A stretch of DNA of 64,000 bases from Eledone cirrhosa (Eukaryota). Where the stretch lies: the NCBI GenBank assembly GCA_964016885.1, contig OZ024749.1:6076001-6140000 (forward strand). Reading direction: 5' to 3'. This document shows positions 12,966 to 29,220 of this stretch, in pieces (within the stretch, counting starts at the first letter, position 1; each line of letters starts with the position of its first letter). The notes under the pieces are model-generated. The model saw only the letters and a list, made by a program, of their open reading frames with translations, was not told the DNA's origin and made no database searches. The translations under genes were made by a program, and so were the position numbers.

Positions 12966-13830
12966 AAACAGAACCCGGATTCCCTCAGGGAAATGGCCTT
13001 GCTCAGTATGTAGGAAAGGTGTAGGTAGGAACTCCATCCTCTTCCCCAAATGCATTCAATGCGTACACAAGAGATGTAGTGGGATCTCAAGAAGCTTAAC
13101 TAGGAATGTAGGCTTCACATGTAGCAGCTGCACTGGGACAGCAAGCAGCAAATGGCCACAGGAAAAAAGCACCACCAAACTCTGGGAGGGCTTGTAGAAA
13201 CAGTAGACATCTTCTGCTACTTAGGTGACCGAATTAGCAGCAGAGGTGGGTGTTCGGAAAGAACAATAACTAGGGTAACAACGGGATGGAAAAAAGTTGA
13301 GGGAGCTACTGCCACTGCTAGCTGCAAAAGGCTTTTCCCTCAAAATGAAAGGCAGACTGTATGATGCATGTATACGAACAACAATGTTACATGGTAGTGA
13401 GACCTGGGCGCTGCCTGTAGAAGACTTGCGCAGATTAGAAAGAAATGAAGCCTGCATGCTCCAATCGATGTGTAATAGTAACATACGCGAACGGCAAAGC
13501 ATAAATGAATTGAGAGAGAGACTGAGCATAAGAGGAATCAAATGCTGTGTGCAGGAGAGGCGGTTGCGTTGGTGTGGACATGTGATGCGTATGAAGGACG
13601 ACAGCTGCATAAAAAGGTGCAGAGCACTAGAAGTCAATGGAAGCCGCGGAGTGGGGAGACCCGAGAAGACCTGGGATGAGGTGATAAAAGCCGACCTTAC
13701 CCAATTACACCTCTCAAGGGCGATGACACATGACCGTGACCTCTGGTGCCACGCAGTAATACAATAGACCCGACTTCCCACAGGAAAAGGCCGAAGCTGA
13801 AGCATATAGGCAATATGCCCCCACACCCAC
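12966..13830 (+). mobile_element. RTE-clade LINE, 3' fragment (frameshifted RT C-terminus)
   Basis: GKWPCSVCRKGVG, FCYLGD, KGRLYDACIRTTMLHGSETW, RRLRWCGHVMR, RGVGRPEKTW motifs. Confidence 0.9.
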
Positions 13831-14323
13831 CCTATGCAGACTTTCCCCTGGATGGGACACCAATCTTTTATGTGCTTAACTTCAGAAGCATAATGACTAA
13901 AGTTTTACTAAAATTTGACAAAAGCCACTAAACGACGCCATTTCATACCTCACAACAACAGTAACAACAGTAACAACATGATAAACTTGTAAACAAAGTA
14001 CATAGGAAAGAGTTATACCTCAATTTATAATTGGTATTTATCGACCCTGTGAGGATGAAAGGCAAAGTTAACCTTGGCCGGATTTGGAATCAGAACGTAA
14101 AGGACCAGAACTCTATGTTGCAATGCATGGCGTCTGATGCTATACTGATACTGCCAATCCCTGCAGTCGAATAATCTAACCTCATCTAATTAAGATATTT
14201 CTCTGAATTAGTAGACTGGAGCAATGTAATCCCTAAAATTGACCCCAGGATCAGAAATATAATGACTAAAATTTTACTTCAAAATTACATTCTTAACCAC
14301 TAAACCATACAACTTCATACCTC

Positions 14324-15138
14324 ACAACAACAACGACAACAACAACAGCAGCAACAACAGCAGTAACAACAACAGTAACAACAACAGTAACAACCGCAAC
14401 AACAACGACAACAACAGCAACAACAGTAACAACAACAGTAACAACCACAACAACAACGACAACAACAACAGCAGTAACAACAACAGTAACAACAACAGTA
14501 ACAACCGCAACAACAACGACAACAACAGCAACAACAGTAACAACAACAGTAACAACCGCAACAACAACGACAACAACAGCAACAACAGTAACAACAACAG
14601 TAACAACCACAACAACAACGACAACAACAACAGCAGTAACAACAACAGTAACAACAACAGTAACAACCGCAACAACAACGACAACAACAGCAACAACAGT
14701 AACAACAACAGTAACAACCACAACAACAACGACAACAACAACAGCAGTAACAACAACAGTAACAACAACAGTAACAACAACAGTAACAACCGCAACAACA
14801 ACGACAACAACAGCAACAACAGTAACAACAACAGTAACAACCACAACAACAACGACAACAACAACAGCAGTAACAACAACAGTAACAACAACAGTAACAA
14901 CCGCAACAACAACGACAACAACAGCAACAACAGTAACAACAACAGTAACAACCACAACAACAACGACAACAACAACAGCAGTAACAACAACAGTAACAAC
15001 AACAGTAACAACCGCAACAACAACGACAACAACAACAGCAACAACAGTAACAACAACAGCAGTAACAACAACAGTAACAACAACAACAACAACAACAACA
15101 GCAGTAACAACATCAACAACAACAACATCAGTAACAAC
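14324..15138. repeat. (AAC)n-based compound satellite with higher-order variants
   Basis: aacaacagt/aaccgc/aacgac units; flanks duplicated at about 13890-14030. Confidence 0.95.
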
Positions 15139-15584
15139 ATGATAAACTTGTAAACGAAATACATAGGGAAGAGTTATACATCAATTTATAATCAGTATTT
15201 TCGGCAGCCTAATAATCTAACCTAATCTAATCAAGATATTGTGAATAATTTAGTTATCTTATTGCTTTGATTAACTTATTTGCATAAATTAGCCTAACAA
15301 ATTAGCTTGCTTTAATGCGATACCATTATTTACCATTTTCTCACAGAATTTGGAACCGTCAACGTATTTTATTTTTATTTATTTTTCTCACATCAGTTTT
15401 GGAAATTGCTAAAAAATATTTTCAAATGTATTTCTGTATTTTAAAAAAATTGATTTTCTTTTATTTTCTTTGATATAATTTTTTTAATAAATTCTTATTT
15501 CCAGATTTAAAAATTAAATAACGAAATAAAATAATCATAATAAATTTTGAGAACTCTCACTCAATCACTCTGCAGATATATTCA

Positions 15585-17805
<2,221 letters not shown>

Positions 17806-18429
17806 ATCTCCCTCTTTCTCTCAGTTACTCCATTGCCCCTTTCTTTTCATGTCCTCCCTCCCCTTCTCTCTACAAACATACCTTTTCACAGCCCCGCGTC
17901 TGAAATCTGATCGTTATCCTTTCACATTCACACAAAGTCTAATCTCTACATATAAACATATTAAATATTAAAACTTTAATTAATTTTCCTCCAGGATATT
18001 AAAAGTAAACAACATTAGTTTATTATAACTACATGAACGAAGTAACATTTTTTTTATATTGTATTTATTTTGTTGGTGTTGTTGTTGTTTCATAAATGTC
18101 TCCCTCGTCCCCACATTTTTAATTACTGTGAATATAGCGTTGCCTATTTCACTTTTACTAATATCTCTTTTACTAATATATTCAAAGCAACCCAGTTAAA
18201 GTAATAATGTTTTATATTATACAAGTGAGCCCGCAACATCAAAATTAATGGCTATTTATGTATATCATTGGCGTAATCATCATCATCATCATCATCATCA
18301 TCAACATTTCATATGAACTTTCCTAGCGAGAGAATTCGTTGATAGGTCAACACAGACCAAGTCAACACTTAGTTTGTGTTCCTGACCTCTCATGTGGGTG
18401 TGCACTGATAATTACAAAACATCATATAT

Positions 18430-19640
18430 ATGTGTTTCCACAGCATGGGTGTACACATTCATTAATGTTTCCACATCTGTATTTCCACAGCATGGGTGTA
18501 CACATTTAATCAAATGTTTCCACATCTGTGTTTCCACAGCATGGGTGTACACATTTATTCAAATGTTTCCACATTTGTGTTTCCACAGCATGGCTGTACG
18601 CATTTAATCAAATGTTTCCACATCTGTGTTTCCACAGCATGGGTCTACATATTAATCAAATGTTTCCACATCTGTGTTTCCACAGCATGAGTGTACACAT
18701 TTAATCAAATGTTTCCACATCTGTGTTTCCACAGCATGAGTGTACACATTTAATCAAATGTTTCCACATCTGTGTTTCCACAGCATGGGTGTACACATTT
18801 ATTCACATGTTTCCACATGTGTGTTTCCACAGCATGGCTGTACGCATTTAATCAAATGTTTCCACATCTGTGTTTCCACATCTGTGTTTCCACAGCATGA
18901 GTGTATACATTTAATCAAATGTTTCCACATCTGTGTTTCCACAGCATGAGTGTACACATTTAATCAAATGTTTCCACATCTGTGTTTCCACAGCATGGGT
19001 GTACACATTTATTCAAATGTTTCCACATTTGTGTTTCCACAGCATGGCTGTACGCATTTAATCAAATGTTTCCACATCTGTGTTTCCACAGCATGGGTCT
19101 GCATATTAATCAAATGTTTCCACATCTGTGTTTCCACAGCATGAGTGTACACATTTAATCAAATGTTTCCACATCTGTGTTTCCACAGCATGGGTGTAAT
19201 CATTTATTCAAATGTTTCCACATTTGTGTTTCCACAGCATGGTTGTACGCATTTAATCAAATGTTTCCACATCTGTGTTTCCACAGCATGGGTCTACATA
19301 TTAATCAAATGTTTCCACATCTGTGTTTCCACAGCATGGGTCTACACATTTAATCAAACGTTTCCACATCTGTGTTTCTACAGCATGGGTGTACACATTC
19401 ATTAATGTTTCCACACCTGTGTTTCCACAGCTTGAGTGTACACATTCATTAATGTTTCCACATCTGTGTTTCCACAGCATGAGTGTACACATTTAATGAA
19501 ATGTTTCCACATCTGTGTTTCCACAGCATGAGTGTACACATTTAATCAAATGTTTCTTCATTTCTTTGTTTCCACAGCATGGATGTACAAAGATAATAAG
19601 ACGTTTTTTTCATGTCTTTGTTCCACAGCATGGACAAACA
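18430..19640. repeat. 49-bp minisatellite with about 195-bp 4-mer higher-order repeat
   Basis: Unit tgtttccacatctgtgtttccacagcatgggtgtacacatttaatcaaa; variant order recurs (ORF starts 18950 and 19145). Confidence 0.92.
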
Positions 19641-19649
19641 AAGATAACA

Positions 19650-20312
19650 AAGTTTCTGATTTAGGCGCAAGGCCAACAATTTTGTGGACGGGGAAAGTCG
19701 ATTAAATATCCCGTAAATTACTGGTACTTTATTTTAGCAACTCTGCAAAGATGAAAGGCAAAGTTAACCTTAGCAGGATTTGAACTCAGAATATCAAGGG
19801 CTGTAACTATATGACACAAAGCATGTCTGATGCCCTCCCGATACTGTTCATCACACCACCCTCAAATGGATTCGCATTGGGCACAAGGTCAGTAATTTAG
19901 TGGGGTGGAGAAAGTCAACTAAATCGACCATAGTATTTAACTGGTACTATATTTTATCGATCAGTGACGGATGAAAGGAAAAATTGACATCCATGGGATT
20001 TGAACTCAGAACGTAAAAAAAACTTGAGTCCTACTACAAAGCATCTGCCTGACCTAACTCTTCTGCCAAACCTCCACTCTCCTCTACAGTTAATAGCTGT
20101 TTATACTATAGGCACAAGACCAACAACCTTGGGGGAAGGGAGGAAATCAATTAAATCGACACCAGTGCATTACTGGTACTTTATTTTATTGACCTTGTAA
20201 GGATGAAAGGCAAAGTTAACCTGGATGGGATTTGAACTCAGAACGTAAAGGGCCACAACTCTATGCTGCAAAGCATGGTGTCTGACACTCTACCAATACT
20301 ACCAATCCACCG
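19650..20312 (-). mobile_element. Three tandem copies of SINE family 2
   Basis: Three repeats of ctggtact..attttat..gatgaaagg..aaag..ggatttgaactcagaa. Confidence 0.8.
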
Positions 20313-20716
20313 ATCTGTTTGTATCGACAGAGAACTTTATTATTCAAATATATTAGTTACATCTGCTCTAACTCCATCTTAGATTTTTTTACTGTAAAAT
20401 AGTTTTCTGGTGTATATTGAACCGTTAATTAATGACCTCATCATCTCATGTGACATGTTATGATGACCATTTAATGCTGGCCTCTACCCATGAGAAAATG
20501 GCACCCAGTACACTCTGTAAAGCCTTTGGTATTAGTCATTTGTAGAAACCAAAGTCAAATAAGGAATCTATGAGCAAGATATGGTTTTCCAACAATGACA
20601 ACCCATCCATGCCAATATGGAAGACAGATGTATGGTGGTGATGATGATAATTGAGCTTCATTTGTAGGGAGAAAGGTACATGTATTTTGATGAACAACCA
20701 ATACATGTGAAACCCT

Positions 20717-21450
20717 TTAACACTTTAGCATTTAAAATGGCCATATCCAGCCAGAATTCTCTCACTTTTCTCTGTTCAAACTGGCCGAAACTGACCACTC
20801 ATACCACTCATGTTAAGGTATTGTTCCCAAAATAAATATCAAAATCTCGTAAATTCGATATTCATCATCATCATCATCATCGTTTAACATCCATCTTCCA
20901 CGCTAGCATGGGTTAGACGGGAGTTGTCCCAATTTGAGGCAAGGTTAGGTCGGGTGACCGTGTCTCGCTCGTATTGGACTATCTGGCAGGTTTTCTACAG
21001 ATGGATGCACTTCCTAACACCAACCACATTTACAGTGTGGACTGGTAACTTTTTACCGTGTTACCTACACAGCCACATTACAGCGTGGACTGTGTGTTTT
21101 TTTGTCGAGACACCTACACAGCCACATTACAGCGTGGACTGTGTGTTTTTTTGTCGAGACACCTACACAATCTTGATCTCGATTTCATTATCTCATTTAT
21201 TTGGACTGGATGTTGTGGTACCAACTTTACAGAGAAAGGTTGGTGTTGGTGGGAGTGGGAGGGGATGGAGTAAGGGTAGTGGATTGGGATGTATATTTGG
21301 TTAACAGGTGCCTACTGACTAGGTTTCGCTTTGTACATAGGCAAGGCGAGTCTTCTGTATTAATGCGTAGCACCTTGTGAGATAATTATGTTAGAGTTAC
21401 CATAAAAATACAATAGTATATATAGAGTAATGTAAACACTAAAGGGTTAA
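20717..21450. mobile_element. TTAA-flanked piggyBac-like MITE interrupted by an RTE 3' end (about 20863-21378, minus)
   Basis: Ends ttaacactttagcatttaa / taaacactaaagggttaa; uninterrupted relative at 53376-53560. Confidence 0.7.
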
Positions 21451-21708
21451 TGGCAATCCCAGTGGTTTTCTGTGTATGGAAAGAATAGCAAAATGTATTT
21501 CTATTTCTTATAAAACAAACGGAGGTTATATAATTTATCTTAAATGCTCTAATATACTATGTCTTGTGCATGAATATTAATTAATTAATTAATTTCATTG
21601 CCAATAAATGCAAGTTATACAAATTAGAGTGAGCACTGTGTTTAATAATATAATGGTGATTTGCTGTGAGCTTTATTTATAAGCAGAGAGAGGTAAGGGT
21701 AAGGTAAA

Positions 21709-21755
21709 TTGTCTTTTGATGAACTGCCCATAAGCTGTGAAACATGTCATGACAA
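21709..21755 (+). ncRNA. Degenerate hammerhead-like motif
   Basis: ttgtc..-TTGATGA-..-GAAA-catg-TC-..gacaa; C3 lost. Confidence 0.4.
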
Positions 21756-22376
21756 TCTCTGATGTCTTTCTGAGTAGAAAGAATAAAGCATCTTTTCACA
21801 GTGAGGCTTATAAACTGAAGTTATACTTATATAAACTGTAGTTATACTTTAAAAATATATATATGATGTGTTGTGCATAAATATTCAATATTTAAAAGTA
21901 GTTAATTTTTGTGTGGTTGCCAAATGTTTTAATATTTACAGATAGTTATTGCTGTTTTGTAGCTAAATATTTAATATTTAAAAATTGTTGTTGTATGTTA
22001 TGGCTAAATATTTTAATAATGAAATGTAGTTAAGTATGAGTTAAATGTTTTTCCGAGTACAAAGAGAATAACATTTGTTTATATTTTCACAGCAAGGATC
22101 ATAGATTTATAAATTGTAGTAATATTTAGATAAATGTTATCTTCAATTTTTAACATATAAAGGCTGTGTTATGCTTACATATTTAATATTTAATAGAAGT
22201 TAACTCTAAGTTAAACATATTAAGTATTTAAATAAAAGACTAGCAGCTCAAAATGGTGTACAAAAGCAAGAGAGATTATTATCTTGTCTACAACAAAGCT
22301 GAACAGAAGATACAAGGAAGGTAGCCATGATTGTTTAGTTGCATAGTTTGTCTAGCAAACACTTTCTATCTTCACA

Positions 22377-23136
22377 TCTCTCTCTCTCTCTCATGTCTCT
22401 CTCTCACAGTCTACTGTCTCTCTACTCTCTCATCTCTCTCTCACACTGTCTACTGTCTCTCTACTCTCTCTCTCTCTCTCACTGTCTACTGTCTCTCTAC
22501 TCTCTCATGTCTCTCTCACACTGTCTACTGTCTCTCTACTCTCTCTCTCTCTCACTGTCTCTCTACTCTCTCTCATGTCTCTCTCACACTCTACTGTCTC
22601 TACTCTCTCTCTCTCACTGTCTCTCTACTCTCTCTCTCTCTCTCATGTCTCTCTCTCACTGTCTACTGTCTCTCTCATGTCTCTCTCTCACTGTCTACTG
22701 TCTCTCTCTCACTGTCTACTGTCTCTCTCTCTCATGTCTCTCTCTCACTGTCTACTGTCTCTCTCACACTGTCTCTCTACTCTCTCTCTCACACAATGTC
22801 TACTCTCTCTCTACTCTCTCTCTCTCATGTCTCTCTCTCACTGTCTACTGTCTCTCTATTCTCTCTCCCTCACACTGTCTACTGTCTCTCTCTCTCATGT
22901 CTCTCACACTGTCTACTCTCTCTCTCATGTCTCTCACACACTGTCTACTCTCTCTCTACTCTCTCTCTCTACTCTCTCTCTCTCATGTCTCTCTCACACT
23001 GTCTACTCTCTCTCTACTCTCTCTCTCTCATGTCTCTCTCTCACTGTCTACTGTCTCTCTACTCTCTCATGTCTCTCTCACACTGTCTACTGTCTCTCTA
23101 CTCTCTCTCTCTCATGTCTCACACTATCACCCTCTT

Positions 23137-23169
<33 letters not shown>

Positions 23170-26028
23170 GTCTCACACTATCACCCTCTTTATTCTCTCT
23201 CTCTCTCTCTATCTCTCATGTCTCACACTATCACCCTCTTTATTCTCTCTCTCTCTCTCTATCTCTCATGTCTCACACTATCACCCTCTTTAGTATCTCT
23301 CTCTCTCTCATGTCTCACACTATCACCCTCTTTATTATCTCTCTCTCTCTCATGTCTGACACTATCACCCTCTTTATTCTCTCTCTCTCATGTCTCACAC
23401 TACCACCCTCTTTATTCTCTCTCTCTCTCTCTCTCATGTCTCACACTATCACCCTCTTTATTATCTCTCTCTCTCTCATGTCTGACACTATCACCCTCTT
23501 TATTCTCTCTCTCTCATGTCTCACACTATCACCCTCTTTATTCTCCTCTCTCTCTCTCTCATGTCTCACACTATCACCCTCTTTATTCTCTCTCTCTCTC
23601 TCTCTCATGTCTCACACTATCACCCTCTTTATTCTCTCTCTCTCTCTCTCATGTCTCACACTATCACCCTCTTTATTCTCTCTCTCTCTCTCATGTCTCA
23701 CACTATCACCCTCTTTATTCTCTCTCTCTCTCTCATGTCTCACACTATCACCCTCTTTATTCTCTCTCTCTCTCTCTCATGTCTCACACTATTACCCTCT
23801 TTATTCTCTCTCTCTCTCTCTCTCATGTCTCACACTATCACCATCTTTATTCTCTCTCTCTCTCTCTCTCTCATGTCTCACACTATCACCATCTTTATTC
23901 TCTCTCTCTCTCTCATGTCTCACACTATCACCCTCTTTTTTCTCTCTCTCTCTCTCATGTCTCACACTATCACCTCTTTTTTCTCTCTCTCTCTCTCATG
24001 TCTCACACTATCACCCTCTTTTTTCTCTCTCTCTCTCTCATGTCTCACACTATCACCCTCTTTTTTCTCTCTCTCTCTCTCTCTCTCTCATGTCTCAGAC
24101 TATCACCATCTTTATTCTCTCTCTCTCTCTCATGTCTCACACTATCACCCTCTTTTTTCTCTCTCTCTCTCTCATGTCTCACACTATCACCCTCTTTATT
24201 CTCTCTCTCTCTCTCTCATGTCTCACACTATTACCCTCTTTATTCTCTCTCTCTCTCTCTCTCATTTCTCACACTATCACCATCTTTATTCGCTCTCTCT
24301 CTCTCTCTCTCATGTCTCACACTATCACCATCTTATTCTCTCTCTCTCTCTCATGTCTCACACTATCACCCTCTTTTTTCTCTCTCTCTCTCTCATGTCT
24401 CACACTATCACCCTCTTTATTCTCTCTCTCTCTCTCTCATGTCTCACACTATTACCCTCTTTATCTCTCTCTCTCTCTCTCTCATGTCTCACACTATCAC
24501 CATCTTTATTCTCTCTCTCTCTCTCTCGTCTCACACTATCACCCTCTTTATTCTCTCTCTCTCTCTCATGTCTCACACTATCACCCTCTTTATTCTCTCT
24601 CTCTCTCATGTCTCACACTATCACCATCTTTATTCTCTCTCTCTCTCTCTCTCTCATGTCTCACACTATCACCCTCTTTATTCTCTCTCTCATGTCTCAC
24701 ACTATCACACCTCTTATTCTCTCTCTCTCTCATGTCTCACACTATCACCATCTTTATTCTCTCTCTCTCTCTCTCTCATGTCTCACACTATCACCCTCTT
24801 TATTCTCTCTCTCATGTCTCACACTATCACCCTCTTTATTCTCTCTCACTCTCTCATGTCTCACACTATCACCCTCTTTATTCTCACTCTCTCTCTCTCT
24901 CTCTCATGTCTCACACTATCACACCTCTTTATTCTCTCTCTCTCATGTCTCACACTATCACCCTCTTTTTTCTCTCTCTCTCTCTCATGTCTCACACTAT
25001 CACCCTCTTTATTCTCTCTCTCTCTCATGTCTCACACTATCACCCTCTTTATTCTCTCTCACTCTCTCTCATGTCTCACACTATCACCCTCTTTATTCTC
25101 TCTCTCTCTCATGTCTCACACTATCACCCTCTTTATTCTCTCTCACTCTCATGTCTCACACTATCACCCTCTTTATTCTCTCTCTCTCTCATGTCTCACA
25201 CTATCACCCTCTTTATTCTCTCTCACTCTCTCTCATGTCTCACACTATCACCCTCTTTATTCTCTCTCTCTCTCATGTCTCACACTATCACCCTCTTTAT
25301 TCTCTCTCTCTCTCATGTCTCACACTATCACCCTCTTTTCTCTCTCTCTCTCTCTCTCATGTCTCACACTATCACCCTCTTTATTCTCTCTCTCTCTCAT
25401 GTCTCACACTATCACCCTCTTTATTCTCTCTCTCTCACTCTCATGTCTCACACTATCACCCTCTTTATTCTCTCTCTCTCTCATGTCTCACACTATCACC
25501 CTCTTTATTCTCTCTCTCTCTCATGTCTCACACTATCACCCTCTTTATTCTCTCTCACTCTCATGTCTCACACTATCACCCTCTTTATTCTCTCTCACTC
25601 TCATGTCTCACACTATCACCCTCTTTATTCTCTCTCTCTCTCATGTCTCACACTATCACCCTCTTTATTCTCTCTCTCTCTCTCATGTCTCACACTATCA
25701 CCCTCTTTTTTCTCTCTCTCTCTCTCTCATGTCTCACACTATCACCCTCTTTATTCTCTCTCTCTCTCATGTCTCACACTATCACCCTCTTTATTCTCTC
25801 TCTCTCTCTCTCTCATGTCTCACACTATCACCCTCTTTATTCTCTCTTCACTCTCATGTCTCACACTATCACCCTCTTTATTCTCTCTCTCTCTCATGTC
25901 TCACACTATCACCCTCTTTATTCTCTCTCTCATGTCTCACACTATCACCCTCTTTATTCTCTCTCTCTCTCATGTCTCACACTATCACCCTCTTTATCTC
26001 TCTCTTCATTTCACACTATCACCCTCTT

Positions 26029-26069
<41 letters not shown>

Positions 26070-26243
26070 GTCTCACACTATCACCCTCTTTATTTTCTCT
26101 CTCTCTCTCATGTCTCACACTATCACCCTCTTTATTCTCTCTCTCTCTCTCTCTCTCTCATGTCTCACACTATCACCCTCTTTATTCTCTCTCTCTCTCT
26201 CTCATGTCTCTCTCTCTCTCATGTCTCACACTATCACCCTCTT

Positions 26244-26280
<37 letters not shown>

Positions 26281-26299
26281 CTCACACTATCACCCTCTT

Positions 26300-26336
<37 letters not shown>

Positions 26337-27517
26337 GTCTCACACTATCACCCTCTTTATTCTCACTCTCTCTCTCTCTCTCTCATGTCTCACACTATCA
26401 CCCTCTTTATTCTCTCTCTCTCATGTCTCACACTATCACCCTCTTTTTTCTCTCTCTCTCTCTCATGTCTCACACTATCACCCTCTTTATTCTCTCTCTC
26501 TCTCATGTCTCACACTATCACCCTCTTTATTCTCTCTCACTCTCTCTCATGTCTCACACTATCACCCTCTTTATTCTCTCTCTCTCTCATGTCTCACACT
26601 ATCACCCTCTTTATTCTCTCTCACTCTCATGTCTCACACTATCACCCTCTTTATTCTCTCTCACTCTCATGTCTCACACTATCACCCTCTTTATTCTCTC
26701 TCTCTCTCATGTCTCACACTATCACCCTCTTTATTCTCTCTCACTCTCTCTCATGTCTCACACTATCACCCTCTTTATTCTCTCTCTCTCTCATGTCTCA
26801 CACTATCACCCTCTTTATTCTCTCTCTCTCTCATGTCTCACACTATCACCCTCTTTTCTCTCTCTCTCTCTCTCTCATGTCTCACACTATCACCCTCTTT
26901 ATTCTCTCTCTCTCTCATGTCTCACACTATCACCCTCTTTATTCTCTCTCTCTCACTCTCATGTCTCACACTATCACCCTCTTTATTCTCTCTCTCTCTC
27001 ATGTCTCACACTATCACCCTCTTTATTCTCTCTCTCTCTCATGTCTCACACTATCACCCTCTTTATTCTCTCTCACTCTCATGTCTCACACTATCACCCT
27101 CTTTATTCTCTCTCACTCTCATGTCTCACACTATCACCCTCTTTATTCTCTCTCTCTCTCATGTCTCACACTATCACCCTCTTTATTCTCTCTCTCTCTC
27201 TCATGTCTCACACTATCACCCTCTTTTTTCTCTCTCTCTCTCTCTCTCTCATGTCTCACACTATCACCCTCTTTATTCTCTCTCTCTCTCATGTCTCACA
27301 CTATCACCCTCTTTATTCTCTCTCTCTCTCTCTCTCTCATGTCTCACACTATCACCCTCTTTATTCTCTCTCACTCTCATGTCTCACACTATCACCCTCT
27401 TTATTCTCTCTCTCTCTCATGTCTCACACTATCACCCTCTTTATTCTCTCTCTCATGTCTCACACTATCACCCTCTTTATTCTCTCTCTCTCTCATTTTT
27501 CACACTATCACCCTCTT

Positions 27518-27558
<41 letters not shown>

Positions 27559-27678
27559 GTCTCACACTATCACCCTCTTTATTTTCTCTCTCTCTCTCAT
27601 GTCTCACACTATCACCCTCTTTATTCTCTCTCTCTCTCATGTCTCACACTATCACCCTCTTTATTCTCTCTCTCTCTC
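22377..27678. repeat. 5.3-kb CT-rich satellite (about 40-bp unit catgtctcacactatcaccctctttatt(ct)n from about 23113)
   Basis: Direct reading; explains the 1394-1783 aa S/L/H ORFs. Confidence 0.97.
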
Positions 27679-27766
27679 AGCCATCCCTGATACTATCTAA
27701 TTATTTACTATTTCACAGACACCCACTCTCATATTTCCTCTTTATCTCACCCTCATAAACAGACAT

Positions 27767-27780
27767 GTCTCCATGGTAAC
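27767..27780. promoter_or_regulatory. Candidate RFX X-box
   Basis: GTCTCCATGGTAAC fits GTHNYYATRRNAAC; no transcription start identified. Confidence 0.25.
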
Positions 27781-28170
27781 AACACTAATCCAGCTGCCTC
27801 CCTGTCATCACTTCTTTGTCTTTATCTTTGTTCTTAGTTTTCCTGTACCTTATTAAGGATTATTTAACCTAATCTATTATGTTCATGCCATCTGATTACA
27901 TCACTGGTTGTATTCCATGGTAGTCTGATGACATAATACATTACCCCAGTAATACGTATTATACAACAATTAAAGACGTTCCTGGAATCTGGTCTTCATA
28001 TATTTTTCATTAAGCTATTTACTGCTGTTCCTGTACCACCCACATGATACCACATCTATGATGGCAGATATTACATGACATTGAGTGGTATTTGACAGAT
28101 TCCACATGATCTGATGATAAGAATGACAGGATCACAAACCCAGCTACTTATTAGTGAAACCATACCATGT

Positions 28171-28208
<38 letters not shown>

Positions 28209-28211
28209 TAT

Positions 28212-28505
28212 ATCATCATCATCATTTCATTTTACGTCTGCTTTTTCCCTGCTTGCAAGGGTGGGACGGGAACTGATTCTGGCTTGATTTCTACAGCTGG
28301 ATCCCCTTCCTAACACCAACCTCATTTACAGTGAGTGCTGGGTGCTTTTTCGCCGTGGCACCTCCACGACCACTTTGCAGTGGAATGATAGGGACCCCAG
28401 ACCCTATCATCTCATTTCTACAGCTGAGTAAACTGGAGTAATGTGAAATAAAGTGTCTTGCTCAAGGAAACAACACATCACCCGGTCTGAGAATTGAACT
28501 CACAA

Positions 28506-28562
<57 letters not shown>

Positions 28563-28903
28563 CATCATCATCATCATTTTACGTCCGCTTTTCCCTGCTT
28601 GCAAGGGTGGGACGGGAACTGATTCTGGCTTGATTTCTACAGCTGGATGCCCTTCCTAACCCCAACCTCATTTACAGTGAGTGCTGGGTGCTTTTTTTCC
28701 GTGGCGTCTACATGTCCACTTTACAGTGTGGGCTGGGTACTTTTTTGCCGTGGCACCTCCTCGACCACTTTGCAGTGGTAAACTGGAGCAATGTGAAAGA
28801 AAGTGTCTTGCTCAAGGACACAACACATCACCCGGTCTGAGAATTGAACACACAACCTTTCGATTGCAAGGCCAATGCTCTAACCACTAAGTCATGTGCC
28901 TCC
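28212..28903 (-). mobile_element. Two SINE family 1 copies (28212-28508 truncated; 28561-28903 with head) separated by (TA)n
   Basis: Reverse complement of 11812-12097. Confidence 0.88.
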
Positions 28904-28936
<33 letters not shown>

Positions 28937-28939
28937 CAT

Positions 28940-29220
28940 TGAAAGGGGCGGGGCTGTGTGGATGGGGTGGGGATGGTGGGACGGGGGTGTATTTTGTTAA
29001 AGATGCCTACTGACTGTGGTAGGTTTTACTTTGTATTTAGGTAAGGCGAGTCTTCTCTATTACTGAGTACCGCCAAAGATCTTGGTCCAGTGACATTGTC
29101 TTGGAGAGGTGTAAGTGTGTGAGGTCGGAATTTATCAAGTCGTCCCAGGTTTTTCTGGGTCTGCCTACTCTGTGGCTACCGTCTATCTTTATTGCTCTGC
29201 CCTTTTTTATACAGCTGTCG
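28940..29220 (-). mobile_element. RTE LINE 3' fragment
   Basis: DSCIKK..GRPRKTWDDLINSDLTHLHL..EKTRLT; matches 56760-57080. Confidence 0.85.

Noticed and set aside
14293-15164. Poly-V and poly-L ORFs
   Set aside because: (AAC)n repeat
22331-27758. ORFs of 320-1783 aa
   Set aside because: Stop-free translation of a CT-rich satellite in all three frames; not genes
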